Of a stretch of DNA of 64,000 nt, positions 37,646 through 46,751 are shown piece by piece; the stretch's first letter is position 1; each line of letters begins with the position of its first letter. The notes under the pieces were generated by a model, which worked only from the letters and a program-made list of their open reading frames with translations, did not search any database and had not been told where the DNA came from. The position numbers were made by a program, and so were the translations under genes. The stretch lies in the IMG/VR virus record IMGVR_UViG_3300005440_000007. The stretch is one strand, 5' to 3'. Source of the stretch: an uncultured virus (IMG/VR IMGVR_UViG_3300005440_000007). Taxonomy: Duplodnaviria; Heunggongvirae; Uroviricota; Caudoviricetes.

Positions 37646-37929
37646 CGCAGACGAATTGCAGAATCCATCCTGAGGTGATCGACGGAGGAACCAGCTGCGC
37701 GCTCTGCCAGAGGGTCGAGGCGGTGAAAGTCGAAGTCCGGAAACGCGTTCCCAAGGACGAGGATTCTCCCGGATGCTTCATGTGCAAGTGGATCATGCTC
37801 GACCTCGAGGCGAACGGAAAACTAAAAGGCTGGAACCTCGACCAGTTTGGGAAGCCGATCTTCTCCAGGGAAGGAGAGCTCGCCCATCTCAAGATCGAAG
37901 GCATCGAATTTTTGGAGGCGGCGTTGTGA
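37642..37929 (+). CDS. Cys-rich hypothetical protein
   Basis: ATGA overlap. Confidence 0.65.
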   Translation: MTQTNCRIHPEVIDGGTSCALCQRVEAVKVEVRKRVPKDEDSPGCFMCKWIMLDLEANGKLKGWNLDQFGKPIFSREGELAHLKIEGIEFLEAAL

Positions 37930-38222
37930 GGAAGAGAGACGAGCCCAGCATCTACCCGGAGGCTCTGTGTTGTGCCGGGTGCCGGAAGCCCTGGGAGAAA
38001 TGGTGCCGGGGCTGCAACCTGGTTTACTGCTCGGACCATGTCGACCGGAAGAGCCACACCTGCAAGCCCGACGAGCAGAGGCCGTATCCTCCGAAAGAAG
38101 AGGCCAAGGCCGCGGCGCCGGCGGAAGAGGGATCGACTGCTCCCCCGAACCAGACCGAGCAGCTTGATCTTTTTGGGCCCTCACAACCGAAGGACGTTGC
38201 GTCCCCGCAGAACGGACATTAG
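37926..38222 (+). CDS. AN1-like Zn-finger protein
   Basis: C..C...YC..H....H.C. Confidence 0.6.
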   Translation: MRKRDEPSIYPEALCCAGCRKPWEKWCRGCNLVYCSDHVDRKSHTCKPDEQRPYPPKEEAKAAAPAEEGSTAPPNQTEQLDLFGPSQPKDVASPQNGH

Positions 38223-38236
38223 AATTCGAACGACTC

Positions 38237-38470
38237 ATGAGCGCCGAAGACTTGAAGGCGATGCTCGCCGACATCAAGAGAGCGATCGCCGATGACGAGT
38301 TCAGTCCGACCAAATGGGAGAGCGAATTCCTCGAGACTGTCTCAGAGCTGATCAATTTCGAGCTCAAGCTGACGGACAAGCAGGACGAGACATTCGAAGG
38401 GATCTGGAAAAAAGCGACCGGGCAGAACGGTGGGGACGATACCGATCCGGACGAAGACGATTTCATGTGA
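38237..38470 (+). CDS. Acidic hypothetical protein
   Basis: WESEFL...LTDKQ motif. Confidence 0.7.
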   Translation: MSAEDLKAMLADIKRAIADDEFSPTKWESEFLETVSELINFELKLTDKQDETFEGIWKKATGQNGGDDTDPDEDDFM

Positions 38471-38477
38471 GGATTGA

Positions 38478-39017
38478 ATGCCGACTTGGACGCTTCCGCT
38501 GAATTGGGTCTACGTCATGTGGGTCGGGATCGCCTTCGTGGCGGGCCTGGTCTGGTGTTCGTTCGCGGAGTGGATTCTTCACAAGTACATCATGCACAGG
38601 CCTTTCAAGCTGCTGCCCTACGGATATGCTCACGTAACCAGCCACCACGACAAGTTCGGTGGCGATGACACCTACCACCTACAGGAGGAGTGGCAGAAGA
38701 ATCACGTCCTGTTCACTTGGAGGGAGTACCTCCTGGCTCCGACGATCTGCTCGATCCTCTACGTCAGCGTGGAGCTCCTGATCGGGAAGCCGATCTGGGC
38801 CGGCTGCGTGCTGGCGACGCTCACGTACCTCCAGCTGTTCAACTCGCTTCACTGGCGCTGGCACGTTCCAGGGGATACGTGGTTCCAGAGGACGAGGTTT
38901 TTCCTGTGGCTGAAAGAGCGGCACCGGGTCCATCACCTGGACATGGGCACGAACTTCAACCTGATCCTGCCGTTCGGGGATTTGCTCTTCGGGACATTCG
39001 TGACACGGAAGAAGTAG
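38478..39017 (+). CDS. Fatty acid hydroxylase / sterol desaturase superfamily protein
   Basis: His boxes HKYIMH, HVTSHH, HWRWH, HRVHH; TM helices. Confidence 0.85.
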   Translation: MPTWTLPLNWVYVMWVGIAFVAGLVWCSFAEWILHKYIMHRPFKLLPYGYAHVTSHHDKFGGDDTYHLQEEWQKNHVLFTWREYLLAPTICSILYVSVELLIGKPIWAGCVLATLTYLQLFNSLHWRWHVPGDTWFQRTRFFLWLKERHRVHHLDMGTNFNLILPFGDLLFGTFVTRKK

Positions 39018-39208
39018 CGGATGGGAGTGCGGGTGGTCGGGCGCTTGGCTCCCTTTCACGCCGGCTCTCCGGCGCGGAAAGGAGCCAGGCCACCGCTTCG
39101 AGGTTTTACCCTTTCAAAGGCGGCCTGACCCTGGAGAGAGGGGGAAACAGACCTGGAAGTCCGCTTGGGCTTCCAAGCCGGTTTCCCTCTTGTATGACTA
39201 TCTCATGC
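39018..39208. ncRNA. Possible structured RNA
   Basis: Two long hairpins with a closing stem. Confidence 0.3.
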
Positions 39209-39268
39209 GTGTAACAATACGGGAAATCGCTTGACAAAGTCAAGAGGGGGATTCAGGAGGTTCGTGTC

Positions 39269-39844
39269 ATGAGCAGTACCGCGATCTATGTCGACCTCGA
39301 GACGACCGGCACCGAACCCGACAAGCACAAGATCATCGAGGTGGGGGCGGTTGTGTTTCGAGGCGGCCGGGAGATCGCCCAGTTCGCGGAGCTCGTGAAC
39401 CCCGGGGAGGCCGCGATCGCCGCAGCGTCTCGTCGGGCGATGGACGTGAACCAGATTGACCTGGACGAGGTTCGCCATGCTCGTCCGACGGCTGTAGTCG
39501 CGGCGGCGTTTCGGGAATTCGTAGCCGCTTACGAAGGCGCGTCGCTCTACGCCTTCCCGAGGTCGTTCGAAGAATCGTTCCTCGTCCAAGAGCCCTGGGG
39601 TCTGACCGCCTGGGGAGACTGCGTGATGCAGGCGGTCCGGGAGGCGATGATCGCGGACAACGCGCTTTCGAATGGTCCGGACGGAAAGCCGAAGCGTCCG
39701 CGCCTTGGCGAGGCAGCTGCGTTCTATGGGGTGACCGGCTGTGGGCCGGCGCACCGAAGCCTGAGCGATGCGAGGAAGACCGCGCGGGTCCACCAGGAAT
39801 ACCTGGCGCGCCTGGCGATCAAGATGGGTGGGAAAGCTTCATGA
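39269..39844 (+). CDS. DEDDh (DnaQ-like) 3'-5' exonuclease
   Basis: DLETTG; HRSLSDA. Confidence 0.85.
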   Translation: MSSTAIYVDLETTGTEPDKHKIIEVGAVVFRGGREIAQFAELVNPGEAAIAAASRRAMDVNQIDLDEVRHARPTAVVAAAFREFVAAYEGASLYAFPRSFEESFLVQEPWGLTAWGDCVMQAVREAMIADNALSNGPDGKPKRPRLGEAAAFYGVTGCGPAHRSLSDARKTARVHQEYLARLAIKMGGKAS

Positions 39845-40395
39845 GCGAAACGCCGAAATCAGAGGTCCGGATTCCCGATAGGCCCAAGATCCCGGAGGTC
39901 CGGGAGGAGACCACGCTCGTCTTGGGAAAGGCCGTCCCCATCCAGGTTGAGAATCCCGGGATGATCTCACGCCGGATCCCCATCGCCGTTTCCTGCGCTC
40001 AGTGCGGCGACAAGATGACGCGCGATCCGGCGACGGTTCCGTTTCAGACGGGCCCGTTCAAGGGAGGATTCCTCTGCAAGGAATGCTGGGTCCTCTACTG
40101 GGACGAGCATCCCGAAATCCTCGCCGATGCCGCCAGCCGCCAATGGGTCAAGCTCGAGGCCCGCGCGATCCGCGTGAAGCGTGCCGGCGCCGGATCCGAG
40201 CTCCTTTTCGAGGAGGACGGGAACCGCGCTTATCTCACGGATCGGGGAACCGTGCTCATCGACCTCAAGCGCCTTCCGTTCGGAGGCCCCGACGAATACG
40301 ATGCCGCACGCTTCCAGATTCTGCTCAAGATGGCCAAAGCATTCGAGGCGAAAGGCGTGGACATGGGCCCCGAGAGGGAAGTCCAGAAGCCCTGA
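39841..40395 (+). CDS. Zn-finger hypothetical protein
   Basis: CxxC twice. Confidence 0.7.
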   Translation: MSETPKSEVRIPDRPKIPEVREETTLVLGKAVPIQVENPGMISRRIPIAVSCAQCGDKMTRDPATVPFQTGPFKGGFLCKECWVLYWDEHPEILADAASRQWVKLEARAIRVKRAGAGSELLFEEDGNRAYLTDRGTVLIDLKRLPFGGPDEYDAARFQILLKMAKAFEAKGVDMGPEREVQKP

Positions 40396-40406
40396 CGTTT
40401 TTTCGC

Positions 40407-40435
40407 TTGACACGCTCGTATACGGCGTATACACT
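40407..40435 (+). promoter_or_regulatory. Sigma70 promoter with CGTATACG operator
   Basis: TTGACA-17-TACACT. Confidence 0.9.
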
Positions 40436-40461
40436 CCTGAAGGTTGAAGTCAGGAGGGGTT

Positions 40462-40884
40462 ATGACGCTCGAACGGGCAGCCAAGGTCTTCAACGGCATC
40501 TACACCATCAAGTCCGCCGCGACCGGCGACCACCGCACCTTCAAGATCCATACCCAGGGCGAAAAGGCTGAGTTCGCCGCCGGCAAGCGCGTCGTCTCGC
40601 TCTTCACCGGGACGGACAACTCCGCCGACGACCACTACACGGGCTTCGCCTTCATCGACGACCGGGGGATCCACGTCTGGGAGAAGAAGCAGGGCGAAGG
40701 TCTCTGGGAGACCTACGCCGACATGATCTGGACGCTCTACCTCGACGGCGCGTTTTCTCGCTGGGCCGAGAAGGGCTACACCATCCTGGGCGAAGGCCGC
40801 TGCGTCCGCTGCAACCGTCTGCTGACGACGCCCGAGTCGATCAAGAGCGGGATCGGACCGATCTGCGCGGAGATGGGGAGGTAG
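40462..40884 (+). CDS. DUF6011-like protein
   Basis: CVRCNRLLTTPESIKSGIGPIC. Confidence 0.8.
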   Translation: MTLERAAKVFNGIYTIKSAATGDHRTFKIHTQGEKAEFAAGKRVVSLFTGTDNSADDHYTGFAFIDDRGIHVWEKKQGEGLWETYADMIWTLYLDGAFSRWAEKGYTILGEGRCVRCNRLLTTPESIKSGIGPICAEMGR

Positions 40885-40886
40885 CG

Positions 40887-41804
40887 ATGCCTGTCAAAGC
40901 TCACAAGGAAGAAAACCCCGCGGTCCAGGAGATTGCCAACCTTCTGGCCGCACGATTCAACGCTGTCGAACCCAAGATCCACGGCGAGCTTCAGGCGGCC
41001 TATCGCGACTACGCGAAGAGGAACCACAAGGCGATCCTCGAGGCCTCCAAGAACCGCGAGAACAAGGGCTACATCAGCGGGTCGCGCGGAGATCGCTGGA
41101 TGGGGTGGTACCAGAACACGAAGTTCCAGCGCGAGAAGGCCATGAAGGAATGGCGCGCCAAATGGCCTGGCGATTCGATCCCGGACCGCGCCTACAAGGA
41201 GATGCCTCCGAACGACGTCAGCACCTGGGAGGAACTCCGGGCTTGGTCGAGCTTCATGAAGCTCGACTACGAACACGCCGACGAACAAGCGAGGTCCGCT
41301 TTTGAAGACGCCCGAGACGCCTTCATCCGCAAGAACGTCGACAAGGTCAGGAACGTCCTGGAGGCCAGGAAAGAGATCGTGAAGGCGGTGGTCCAGTTCG
41401 GATTCCGGAGCAGGGTCTTCACCGGCAGTATCGAGATCCAGCTCCCCGACGGAAGCTTTGAGGCGGAGCTTGGCCTCAAGTACGTGATCCGGACGATCCC
41501 GCATGTCACGCCCTACTTCCAATACCCGCTCAACTTCACGACGGCGACGGTGGGCGGGAAGACCAAAGCGCGGCCGAGCGAGGAGGAGCTGCGGATCCTG
41601 CTGGGCGGGAAGCCGCCGCTTTCCCGCGAGCAGGAGCTCCTCGCCAAGGGATTCTGCCTTCAGAGCGGGAAAGAAATCCCCTACTCTCCGGAGACGGCCT
41701 GGATCACGAACCGGATGAGCCCGTACATGGAGTGCCCCCTCTGCAGGCAGACGGTGAGTGTTCGGAACCACAAGTGGCGCGCCCACATGGGCAGGGGGAA
41801 ATAA
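40887..41804 (+). CDS. Hypothetical protein
   Basis: GGAGG RBS. Confidence 0.75.
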   Translation: MPVKAHKEENPAVQEIANLLAARFNAVEPKIHGELQAAYRDYAKRNHKAILEASKNRENKGYISGSRGDRWMGWYQNTKFQREKAMKEWRAKWPGDSIPDRAYKEMPPNDVSTWEELRAWSSFMKLDYEHADEQARSAFEDARDAFIRKNVDKVRNVLEARKEIVKAVVQFGFRSRVFTGSIEIQLPDGSFEAELGLKYVIRTIPHVTPYFQYPLNFTTATVGGKTKARPSEEELRILLGGKPPLSREQELLAKGFCLQSGKEIPYSPETAWITNRMSPYMECPLCRQTVSVRNHKWRAHMGRGK

Positions 41805-41806
41805 AG

Positions 41807-42025
41807 ATGCCCTACAAGCGCGCTAACGGCAGGGTCCAGGGGCGAGCTTCGAACGGACGCTTCCGGAAGTTCACCGGCGAAGAGTTCGGAGTGGGCGTCT
41901 GCCCGAAGTGCCAGAATCTGACGACCAGGCCCGAGCTGCCCGGCACTGGCTTCATCGACCCTCGGGATTTCAACGCCCGCGTCTGCCCCAATCCAGGCTG
42001 TGGATGGGACTCGAGAAAATCATGA
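41807..42025 (+). CDS. Small Zn-ribbon protein
   Basis: CPKC..CPNPGC. Confidence 0.65.
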   Translation: MPYKRANGRVQGRASNGRFRKFTGEEFGVGVCPKCQNLTTRPELPGTGFIDPRDFNARVCPNPGCGWDSRKS

Positions 42026-42180
42026 AACGGACTGTGAAGAAACGAAGGTGGAAGAAGACCAGGTGCTCGACGTGCCGCTGCGTCGTAGGACCGTCGAAGT
42101 CGTGCCTCTTCTGCCATCTTCGTGTTTGCACCAAACCGGCCTGTCGAGACCAGCACCGAAATTGCGGGAACCGCTCATGA
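42022..42180 (+). CDS. Small basic Cys-rich protein
   Basis: ATGA overlaps at both ends. Confidence 0.6.
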   Translation: MKRTVKKRRWKKTRCSTCRCVVGPSKSCLFCHLRVCTKPACRDQHRNCGNRS

Positions 42181-42488
42181 AAAGTCGAGCCGTCGTAGGC
42201 CAGATGGTCCAGCGGATTCCAGACCTCGGGAACGAGCTCTGCTTTTCCTGAGTAGAAGGCTCGTTCGGGCAGGTTGCCCGAAGGGACGAGGCGCGCCTTG
42301 AAGAGCGGGGAGATCTCAAGCCCTGGTACTACATCGCGCTCTGGTGCAAGTGCATGATCACGTCGCCCGACGAAACGAATCTCTTCGGAGAGGTCAATTG
42401 GCGCGAGGACGAGATGATATTCCTGACCGACGAGCAGGCGCTTGCGCTCATGGAATCCCACGTCTGCAGAAAGCCGGGGCAGCCATGA
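42177..42488 (+). CDS. Candidate selenoprotein (CxxU, in-frame TGA at 42249-42251)
   Basis: Frame open on both sides of TGA; ATGA-coupled to both neighbours; SECIS-like hairpin. Confidence 0.6.
42260..42290 (+). promoter_or_regulatory. Bacterial SECIS-like hairpin
   Basis: TTCGGGCA-GGT-TGCCCGAA, loop at +21 from UGA. Confidence 0.6.
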
Positions 42489-42952
42489 AGACGATCGTCC
42501 TGGTCGGGTGCGGGAAGGAGAAGCTCTCCCGTGCCGCCAAAGCAAAGGACATGTACCTGGGTCCGCTCTTCAAGAAGGCGCGGGCTTACGCGGAGAAGAT
42601 CGGCGACAGCTGGTGGATCCTATCTGCGAAGTACGGTCTCCTCGATCCCGAGGAGAAGATCGAGCCCTACGATGAGATGCTCACGAAGAAGCCGAAGAAC
42701 GAACGCCACTGGTGGAATCTCAACGTGCGGAACTCGATCTCCTGCAATCTGCTCAAATGGATCGAAGTTAGCGGTCCCAACGTGCGATGCGAACCGGCGA
42801 AGTTCGTCTGCCTTGCCGGCGAGCCGTATCTCGAGTTTTTCGAGATCGCCCCGGAGATCCGGAAGTGCTGCATCATTGAAAAACCGATGGCCGGAATGGG
42901 AATCGGCCAGCGGCTCCAGTTCCTGTCCCGGCCCGTAAATCGTCGAGCCTGA
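42485..42952 (+). CDS. DUF6884 (YaaA-like) protein
   Basis: LVGCGKEK..A.DMY.G.LF..ILSAKYGL. Confidence 0.8.
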   Translation: MKTIVLVGCGKEKLSRAAKAKDMYLGPLFKKARAYAEKIGDSWWILSAKYGLLDPEEKIEPYDEMLTKKPKNERHWWNLNVRNSISCNLLKWIEVSGPNVRCEPAKFVCLAGEPYLEFFEIAPEIRKCCIIEKPMAGMGIGQRLQFLSRPVNRRA

Positions 42953-42966
42953 TCTCTTTTTTTGGC

Positions 42967-42995
42967 TTGACACGTCCGTATACGGCGTATACACT
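42967..42995 (+). promoter_or_regulatory. Sigma70 promoter with CGTATACG operator
   Basis: TTGACA-17-TACACT. Confidence 0.9.
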
Positions 42996-43020
42996 GTGGG
43001 TAGGTAAGACAGGAGGGGTT

Positions 43021-43410
43021 ATGACGAACACGCCTACGGGGATCTGGGAACTGATCCTCGCGTCCGATCTGGTCAAGGTCGGCACGCATCCCGAGGACGG
43101 GGAAGACATCATCCGCGAGCTGTGGTACATCCAGGCGATCAACACCGCCGGGCGCCGGTTCCGGCACCAGGCCCTCACCACGCAGGCGGAGGCCGACGAG
43201 CGCCTCGCACTGCTCGTCCTGGACGGCGGCGTCGACCCGGTCCGGAGCGACGGCTGGGACGAGACGTATCCGGTCTACGGCTCGGTCGAGTACCAGCTGC
43301 AGGAGCCCGAGCTCGTCGCGGCCGAGCGTCGCGAGATCGAAGCGGAACCCATCCCCCTTTGGGTGAAGCAGGCCGAAGCCGCGCGCCGGAAGGGCGAGGT
43401 GCGTCGATGA
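43021..43410 (+). CDS. Hypothetical protein
   Basis: AGGAGGGGTTATG start. Confidence 0.8.
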   Translation: MTNTPTGIWELILASDLVKVGTHPEDGEDIIRELWYIQAINTAGRRFRHQALTTQAEADERLALLVLDGGVDPVRSDGWDETYPVYGSVEYQLQEPELVAAERREIEAEPIPLWVKQAEAARRKGEVRR

Positions 43411-43625
43411 AGACGACCGTCAACCCGTTCCCGATGTCGGTGGCTCTGGTTGCCGGGATCCTGACCGAGATGAGCGTCGGCGCGCTGGCTCGGGTCTTCG
43501 GCACCTACCACCTGGAGGTCATGGAGGCGATGCTCAAGTCGGACGAGGGGTATCGGTCCAAGCATCTCCTCCGCAAGATCAACATGGCGATCAACAAGAT
43601 CCTGGATCGGAAGGTGTCCCGATGA
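43407..43625 (+). CDS. Hypothetical protein
   Basis: ATGA overlaps. Confidence 0.65.
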   Translation: MKTTVNPFPMSVALVAGILTEMSVGALARVFGTYHLEVMEAMLKSDEGYRSKHLLRKINMAINKILDRKVSR

Positions 43626-43984
43626 TGACGGCAGATCAGGCCCGACGGCAGGCGGGATCCCCCGCGCGCGCGGCCGCGCTCTCCAAGCGCTACGCGAAGC
43701 TGGGCTCAAAGGCGATCGACGAGCAGGAGTTCGGGAAGGCCTACATCTTCCTTCAGAAGGCCAGTGCGTTCGCGGCGGCGCTCGGTATCGTCCAGGGCGA
43801 GTTCAACCGGATGGCCAAGCGGATCGGCGCTCCGACGCGTCCCTTCGCGAAGTGCTCCAACTGCAAGGCCCGGAAACCCGACGTCAAGAAGCGGGTTGAC
43901 CCCTACAGGGAGGACGTCGAGAACAAGAAGGTCTACTGCAACCTGTGCGACGACTGCGAGAAGTCGGCCAAGGAAGCGATCTAA
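43622..43984 (+). CDS. Zn-finger hypothetical protein
   Basis: CSNC..DPY..LCDDC. Confidence 0.7.
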   Translation: MMTADQARRQAGSPARAAALSKRYAKLGSKAIDEQEFGKAYIFLQKASAFAAALGIVQGEFNRMAKRIGAPTRPFAKCSNCKARKPDVKKRVDPYREDVENKKVYCNLCDDCEKSAKEAI

Positions 43985-43993
43985 GGAGGGGTT

Positions 43994-44236
43994 ATGTCGA
44001 AGGAAGCTCAGCTTCACGAGTTCCCCGCGGTCGGGAAGTACCGCGTTCGTATCGTGCGAGATCTGGAGAGCAAGGCGCCGGCCTCGCTCGATATTCGGGA
44101 GTTCGTCAACCCGGCTCGCGGCCAGACGTTCTCCGGATTCACGCGTCGCGGGATCCGGCTGGCCACCACCAAGGAAATCATGGAGCTCCGGGACAGCTTG
44201 AACGCCGCTCTCTCCATGCTCGAGGTGAAGTCATGA
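43994..44236 (+). CDS. PC4-like ssDNA-binding protein
   Basis: LDIREF...FTRRGIRL. Confidence 0.75.
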   Translation: MSKEAQLHEFPAVGKYRVRIVRDLESKAPASLDIREFVNPARGQTFSGFTRRGIRLATTKEIMELRDSLNAALSMLEVKS

Positions 44237-44979
44237 GAACGACGCTCAAATGGCGCGCCGAGTTCTACAGGCCCGGTCCCGGTACGTCCGAGACCGTGAT
44301 CGGCTTCGTCGATGGCGATGAGAAGACGGTGGCGCTGGCCGAGCCGCCCCAGGGCGCGCTCTCCCGGCTCAAGCTCCTCACGCCGCCCGACATCCGCCTG
44401 GGAGACCATGTCCGTCACGACAACGGCGAGGACGAGCCCGTCGTCGGGATCGTGACGCGGGTCGGGAAGCCCTATCCGTCCGGCGGCTTCAACGTGGATC
44501 TCTTCAACGGCGTCACGGGGACGGTCTTCTGCGAGAACTGCACCGTCGTCTTCCGGCCGCGCCACAAGGTCTGGAAGGAGGAGGAGTTCCTCGCGCTCTT
44601 CCCGCCGAAGTCGGATGAGACGCCCGAGGTCACGCTCGTGGGTCGAGAGCCTGCGAGGACCGTCCGGGTCCTGCGCGGGAAGGACGGCGCCTGGGGCGTC
44701 ACCTTCTGGAACGGCGAGGTCCAGATCGACTCCAAGGCCTATAGCGAGAAGGAGTACGCATGGCTCCGCGGCCTTCTCCGTGCTGCGAACGCCTGGATCT
44801 TCGCCGCCCCCGTGCAGATCGGAGACTGCTGGAGTGAGACGATCAACCAGGGGCTGCGCGACGTCGAGGTCGTGGCGGTCAAGAAACTGCGCTACCGGAT
44901 CGAATACGAGATGCCCAACGCCGGGATGATGGGATCCTGGCAGACCGGCATCCTGATCGGCGGAAAACTTTACGCTTGA
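44233..44979 (+). CDS. Hypothetical protein
   Basis: ATGA overlap; GAGG RBS. Confidence 0.75.
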   Translation: MRTTLKWRAEFYRPGPGTSETVIGFVDGDEKTVALAEPPQGALSRLKLLTPPDIRLGDHVRHDNGEDEPVVGIVTRVGKPYPSGGFNVDLFNGVTGTVFCENCTVVFRPRHKVWKEEEFLALFPPKSDETPEVTLVGREPARTVRVLRGKDGAWGVTFWNGEVQIDSKAYSEKEYAWLRGLLRAANAWIFAAPVQIGDCWSETINQGLRDVEVVAVKKLRYRIEYEMPNAGMMGSWQTGILIGGKLYA

Positions 44980-45055
44980 TAACCCCTCCTCGGCCTCCCG
45001 GTCTCTGCTCTGTTCCGGGAGGCCCTTTATGGGCGGCCGCGCGTCGGCCGTCCAT
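44979..45055 (+). ncRNA. Anti-RBS plus double-hairpin element, copy 1
   Basis: ATAACCCCTCCT followed by two hairpins. Confidence 0.5.
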
Positions 45056-45073
45056 GAGGTCTCTGGAGGAAAG

Positions 45074-45319
45074 ATGAAGCTTCTGCGCTGGCTCAAGTGG
45101 CAGTTCTTCAGGCTCCTGGGCTACGGCAACTGCTGGGAGTGCAAAGAGTTCGCTCCCCTGTCCTGGCTCCACGTCAAGTTCACGGACAAGACGAACCAGA
45201 CTCAGGTCGAGATGTCCGGTCACTTCTGCTCGCCGTGCTGGCACAAGCGTATGGAGCCGTGGAAGAAAAAGATGGACGAGTTCACCGAAGAGTTCAACAA
45301 GACCTTCAAGGGATTCTGA
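45074..45319 (+). CDS. Zn-finger hypothetical protein
   Basis: GGAGG RBS. Confidence 0.7.
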   Translation: MKLLRWLKWQFFRLLGYGNCWECKEFAPLSWLHVKFTDKTNQTQVEMSGHFCSPCWHKRMEPWKKKMDEFTEEFNKTFKGF

Positions 45320-45320
45320 G

Positions 45321-45476
45321 ATGCCGGGAAAGACGGGGAAGCGCTCCAAGCCGCCTACACCGTGCGTCGACTGTGGAGCCGACCTCCGTGGGAAAGCGTT
45401 TTATCGAGATGGCAAGAAGGACCGCTGCGAGGCCTGTGGCGAGAAGTGGATCAAGGCAAAGTGTGCAAAGAGCTAA
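45321..45476 (+). CDS. Small Zn-finger protein
   Basis: CVDC..CEAC; 51 aa. Confidence 0.6.
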   Translation: MPGKTGKRSKPPTPCVDCGADLRGKAFYRDGKKDRCEACGEKWIKAKCAKS

Positions 45477-45495
45477 CCGGTAATTAGGAGGGGTT

Positions 45496-45879
45496 ATGAA
45501 CGAGGAAGTGACCAAGCTGGCGAAGGCGGCGATGACCGCCGCGGTGAACCATCTCGAGGCGTGTCAGGCAGGCAAGATCGTGAACCACCCGTTCGTGAGC
45601 CGGTCTCTCCCGATGCTCCAGGCGGCGCTCAAGGAGATCGACAAGCCCGACGACCGGCCGGCGCTCGGACGAGACATGGCCAAGAAGCTCGTCCAGTTCA
45701 TCACCGCGCGCCTCGAGCGGGAGAGTTCTTTCCTGACGCCGAATCCCCAGACGTTCATGAACGACGCCTACGGCCTCCTGGACCTGATCCGGAACGAGGC
45801 GAAGCTCAAGCCCGAGGACATCGACGGCTGGATGGTCGAGGCACAACCGGACAAGAAGATCAAGGGCAAGAAGTCGTGA
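45496..45879 (+). CDS. Hypothetical protein
   Basis: AGGAGGGGTTATG start. Confidence 0.8.
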   Translation: MNEEVTKLAKAAMTAAVNHLEACQAGKIVNHPFVSRSLPMLQAALKEIDKPDDRPALGRDMAKKLVQFITARLERESSFLTPNPQTFMNDAYGLLDLIRNEAKLKPEDIDGWMVEAQPDKKIKGKKS

Positions 45880-46220
45880 GCCACGCAACCGGAGCCGTCC
45901 GATTCCCCGACGGGAAGGTGATGTTCTACCTGTACAACGGGTCATCCGAGGTCGCGATCTCCCATCTCTACGACACCATGCAGGGCGTCGTGGACAGCTG
46001 GGGGAAAAGCGCCTGGTTGGTCTGCAGCTGCCCGAAGATGGAGCCGGTCGAGATCTACTCGAGCTACGGCGGCGGTTTCACCTACCCGGGCGAAGCGTGC
46101 CGGACCTGCAGGGCTCTGCACGGCCCCAGGTACACGCCTGAAGCTGTGGACGCGACGGTCAACGCCGAGCCTGAGTGGCACAAGGACATTCCTCCTGAGC
46201 TCATGAAGACAAATTTCTGA
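45876..46220 (+). CDS. Phage hypothetical protein
   Basis: GTGA overlap; MSHATG.VRF.DG..YNG. Confidence 0.7.
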   Translation: MSHATGAVRFPDGKVMFYLYNGSSEVAISHLYDTMQGVVDSWGKSAWLVCSCPKMEPVEIYSSYGGGFTYPGEACRTCRALHGPRYTPEAVDATVNAEPEWHKDIPPELMKTNF

Positions 46221-46227
46221 GGGGCCT

Positions 46228-46743
46228 ATGATCACCAAAGAGCTTGCGAAGGACATCCTGGCGCGTCGCGGGATCTGCACGATCAGCGGCGGTTATGGGA
46301 TGGGGATCTGTGCATTCGCGGGGATGTTCACGACGCGTCCGCTGATGGGGATCTGGCACGAGTCCGAGGTGCCCACGGATCAGGAACTCGAACAGATCCA
46401 GTCCTACCAGGAGTTCCAGATCCGGTCCTTCTACAACCCCACCTGGACGGAGAAGCTGCTGGCGATGAAGCCGCCCCAGGACGAGGCCGTGAACACGCTC
46501 ATCTTCTGGAAGGGATTCCGCGAGCAGCCCGGCGTCTGGGCCTATCGCCGGATCACCTGGAAGTACGGTCCGACGTTCGTCGACCGGAAGAAGAATGGGA
46601 ACCGACTCCGTACCGCCGAGGCGATGTTCGACACGATCGAGGATCTCCTTCACGACAGGTTCGTGAAGTGGAAGCGAGAACACGGTGGGATCTTCGCGCC
46701 CAAGGTCCCGACCCAGCCTGACAGCTGCGAGAAGGCGTCGTAG
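46228..46743 (+). CDS. Hypothetical protein
   Basis: GAGGGG RBS. Confidence 0.75.
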   Translation: MITKELAKDILARRGICTISGGYGMGICAFAGMFTTRPLMGIWHESEVPTDQELEQIQSYQEFQIRSFYNPTWTEKLLAMKPPQDEAVNTLIFWKGFREQPGVWAYRRITWKYGPTFVDRKKNGNRLRTAEAMFDTIEDLLHDRFVKWKREHGGIFAPKVPTQPDSCEKAS

Positions 46744-46751
46744 GAGGAGCT

